This document shows positions 61,780-64,000 of a stretch of 64,000 nt of DNA, one piece after another. The position numbers and the translations under genes were made by a program. How positions within the stretch are numbered: the stretch's first letter is position 1; every line of letters starts with the position of its first letter. Source of the DNA: Sulfurimonadaceae bacterium. Its GTDB lineage: Bacteria > Campylobacterota > Campylobacteria > Campylobacterales > Sulfurimonadaceae. The stretch lies in assembly GCA_041548245.1 (NCBI GenBank), contig JBFESZ010000002.1:1-64000 (forward strand), written 5' to 3'. The notes below the pieces were generated by a model. The model searched no databases. It had not been told where the DNA came from and saw only the letters and a program-made list of their open reading frames with translations.

Positions 61780-62349
61780 ATGAAAAGATCATTGTTTTTA
61801 TGTTTAGTCACAGCAGTACTATCAGTGAACATCCATGCTCAAGAGAGTCATCATTCTGAATTGGCAACGCATACAGGAACTTATTTCGAGCCTAAGGTCA
61901 TTGTCACAGCGGGTGAGACTATTTCACATGGGGACTCTACCCTCGATGGAGATACGGGGTACGGTATCGGTTTTGACTTGGGATACTCATTTAGCGAAAA
62001 TTTTGCACTTGAACTTGATGGGACATATTCTGAGGCAGATGTGAAAGAAACATTGGCAAATGGCGACAGTGAGACTGACAAGGCATCATTTTACACTTAT
62101 GGCGTGAATGCAGTGCTGACTTATCCGCTTCATAATCATTTTATCCTTCTTGGAAAACTTGGTTACGGTTATGAACATGAGGATCTTGGAGCACTTGGAA
62201 TTAAAGGTTCAGAACATGGCGCCAATTGGGCTGCAGGCGTTGAGTATTCATTTACACCGCATGTTGAAGTCTCTTTTGAATATGAAGGTGCAGATATCAG
62301 AAGTGCACGCGGGGACAGTTTTCAAGTCGGTTTGATCTATAAATTCTAA
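61780..62349 (+). CDS. Outer membrane beta-barrel protein (OMP_b-brl)
   Basis: AAGGAG RBS; signal peptide; 'G.G.DLGY.F...FALE'; C-terminal 'GLIYKF'. Confidence 0.82.
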   Translation: MKRSLFLCLVTAVLSVNIHAQESHHSELATHTGTYFEPKVIVTAGETISHGDSTLDGDTGYGIGFDLGYSFSENFALELDGTYSEADVKETLANGDSETDKASFYTYGVNAVLTYPLHNHFILLGKLGYGYEHEDLGALGIKGSEHGANWAAGVEYSFTPHVEVSFEYEGADIRSARGDSFQVGLIYKF

Positions 62350-62533
62350 GCATCAATGAGATTGCTTTTTTAGAATATGCATGGAGCTATAGATGCATTG
62401 GTTGATCCATGCGTGCAAAATTCTTATATTTTACTTAATTTAAGTAAAATATAAGAATATGTCAGTATACTTTCGCCACTAAATAGAAGAGTTGTCTCTC
62501 TTCTCTTTCTTATACATTCATAAAGGAAAATAG

Positions 62534-62956
62534 ATGAAATTTACTAAAATTGCATCTCCTGAGCAGATTGAACGCAAGTGGATTCTTGTTGATGCTGAGG
62601 GAAAAACATTTGGTCGTATCATCACTGAAGTAGCAACAAGTCTTCGTGGTAAGAACAAGCCGTACTATACTCCTAACGTTGATTGTGGTGACTATGTTGT
62701 TATCATTAATGCTTCTAAAGCTGTTTTCAACGGTGCTGGAAAACTTGCAAACAAAGAGTACTTCTCTCACTCAGGTTACTTCGGTTCTACTAAGAGTGTT
62801 AAAATGACAGAGCTACTTGAAAACAATCCGGAAAAACTGTTTAAACTTGCAACTCGCGGTATGTTACCAAAAACTAAACTTGGTGCAGCAATGCTAAAAA
62901 AACTTAAAGTGTACAAGGGTGCTGAGCATCCTCATTCTGCACAATTAGCTAAGTAA
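62534..62956 (+). CDS. rplM: 50S ribosomal protein L13
   Basis: 'LRGKNKP.YTPNVDCGD', 'GMLPK', 'HPHSAQ'. Confidence 0.98.
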   Translation: MKFTKIASPEQIERKWILVDAEGKTFGRIITEVATSLRGKNKPYYTPNVDCGDYVVIINASKAVFNGAGKLANKEYFSHSGYFGSTKSVKMTELLENNPEKLFKLATRGMLPKTKLGAAMLKKLKVYKGAEHPHSAQLAK

Positions 62957-62968
62957 GGATAGATTATT

Positions 62969-63358
62969 ATGGCAAAAACTTACGCAACTGGTAGAAGAAA
63001 GTCTTCTGTCGCAAAAGTATGGTTAACTCCAGGTACTGGAAAAATTACTATCAATGGTCTGTCTATTGATGCATGGCTTGGTGGTCTTGAAGCGAAAAAA
63101 CTTCGTGTAATGCAACCACTTAACTTGACTAAACAAGCAGAGTCTGTAGACATCGTTGCAACAACTCTTGGCGGTGGTTTCTCTGGCCAAGCGGATGCAC
63201 TTCGTCACGGTATCTCTCGTGCACTAGTTAAATATGATGACAGCTTCCGTGCTGTGCTTAAACCTGAAGGTATGATGACTCGTGATTCACGTGTTGTTGA
63301 ACGTAAGAAACCAGGTAAGCGTAAAGCACGTCGTTCTCGCCAGTTCTCTAAGCGTTAA
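62969..63358 (+). CDS. rpsI: 30S ribosomal protein S9
   Basis: 'TGRRKSS', 'GGG.SGQA', 'RD.R.VERKK', 'QFSKR'. Confidence 0.98.
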   Translation: MAKTYATGRRKSSVAKVWLTPGTGKITINGLSIDAWLGGLEAKKLRVMQPLNLTKQAESVDIVATTLGGGFSGQADALRHGISRALVKYDDSFRAVLKPEGMMTRDSRVVERKKPGKRKARRSRQFSKR

Positions 63359-63373
63359 GAAACTTCTTTCGCT

Positions 63374-63397
63374 TGTCTCCTTCGGGAGGCATTTTTT
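63374..63397 (+). terminator. Intrinsic terminator of rplM-rpsI
   Basis: TGTCTCC-TTCG-GGAGGCA-TTTTTT. Confidence 0.85.
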
Positions 63398-63512
63398 ATA
63401 TATATTCTTCTTTATTTTTTTAATATTTTCATCAATTTTATTTATTTGCAGTCTCTTCTTTAATAGGAGTATAATGTCTCGTTATTAACAAGATCATAGT
63501 GTAAAGGCGCAC

Positions 63513-64000
63513 ATGAAATATTTTTATTTTGTATTTTCTATGTTGGCTGTTTCAGCTCAAGGAGCAGAGTCAGTTCAATCATGGTTTGAAGAGGGAAAAG
63601 TCAAGGGTAATGTTAAATATTACTACATCGAGACACAAAAAGATACAAGTGCTGGTTCGCATACATCGGCGCATGCCAATGCAATCGGTGGACAGTTGAA
63701 CTATAGCACAGGAAGCTGGAATGGGCTGCAAACAGGTGTGACTTTCATGACGACAAACGGTTTTGCTTTGCCAAATGCAGTAGACACCTCTATTTTAGGT
63801 AGAGACAACGGAGCACGAACCGGTAATGCTGAAGCGGCAAAAGATGCTTTTGCCGTCTTAGGCGAAGCGTTTATCAAATACAGTTATAAAGACTTGAGTC
63901 TACTTTATGGACGACAAGTCATCAAGACACCATTGGTCCATGCTAAAGAGGTGCGCATGCTGCCTTCGGCAGTGCAGGGGGCGTTTGCTGAATATGCTTT
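63513..64000 (+). CDS. OprD-family/major outer membrane porin, N-terminal part (runs off the window)
   Basis: MKYFYFVFSMLAVSAQGA signal; 'FEEGKVKG', 'AIGGQL.Y.TG', 'LGEAF', 'GRQ.I.TPL'. Confidence 0.78.
   Translation, partial: MKYFYFVFSMLAVSAQGAESVQSWFEEGKVKGNVKYYYIETQKDTSAGSHTSAHANAIGGQLNYSTGSWNGLQTGVTFMTTNGFALPNAVDTSILGRDNGARTGNAEAAKDAFAVLGEAFIKYSYKDLSLLYGRQVIKTPLVHAKEVRMLPSAVQGAFAEYA

Overview
A gene-dense chromosomal window from a free-living Campylobacterota (Epsilonproteobacteria), most consistent with a Sulfurimonas-like organism. This is inferred from C. jejuni-like synteny blocks: glnA-cheZ-U32-purE-DUF3972; dcd-accB-accC-SurA-like-gltX; and purA-fliJ-motE-like-DUF507-carA-DsbD_2-ccoNOQP-accessory genes-addBA-rplM-rpsI. 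Between these blocks lie accessory genes: a CsgG/DUF4810/DUF799 lipoprotein operon, a CoA-disulfide-reductase-like flavoprotein, a degenerate AmmeMemoRadiSam pair, OmpA with TSP3 repeats, a methyltransferase-asnB pair, a GAF-DUF1538-PII-CBS-GAF cluster, a REC-GGDEF-EAL protein and a large NAD-GDH. I saw no rRNA, tRNA, CRISPR array, transposase or prophage. The most interesting signals are absent from the ORF track or poorly characterised: (i) a sigma54 promoter driving a structured leader and a 28-aa amphipathic small ORF (42252-42470, minus strand); (ii) a candidate ~55-nt sRNA with a C/U-rich terminator loop behind an 11-bp-period direct-repeat promoter (50370-50460); (iii) a fused DUF1538 transporter with PII-like, CBS and two NKFDE-type GAF partners; (iv) several apparently leaderless genes. 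All family calls come from motif recognition and recalled synteny, not from database searches.
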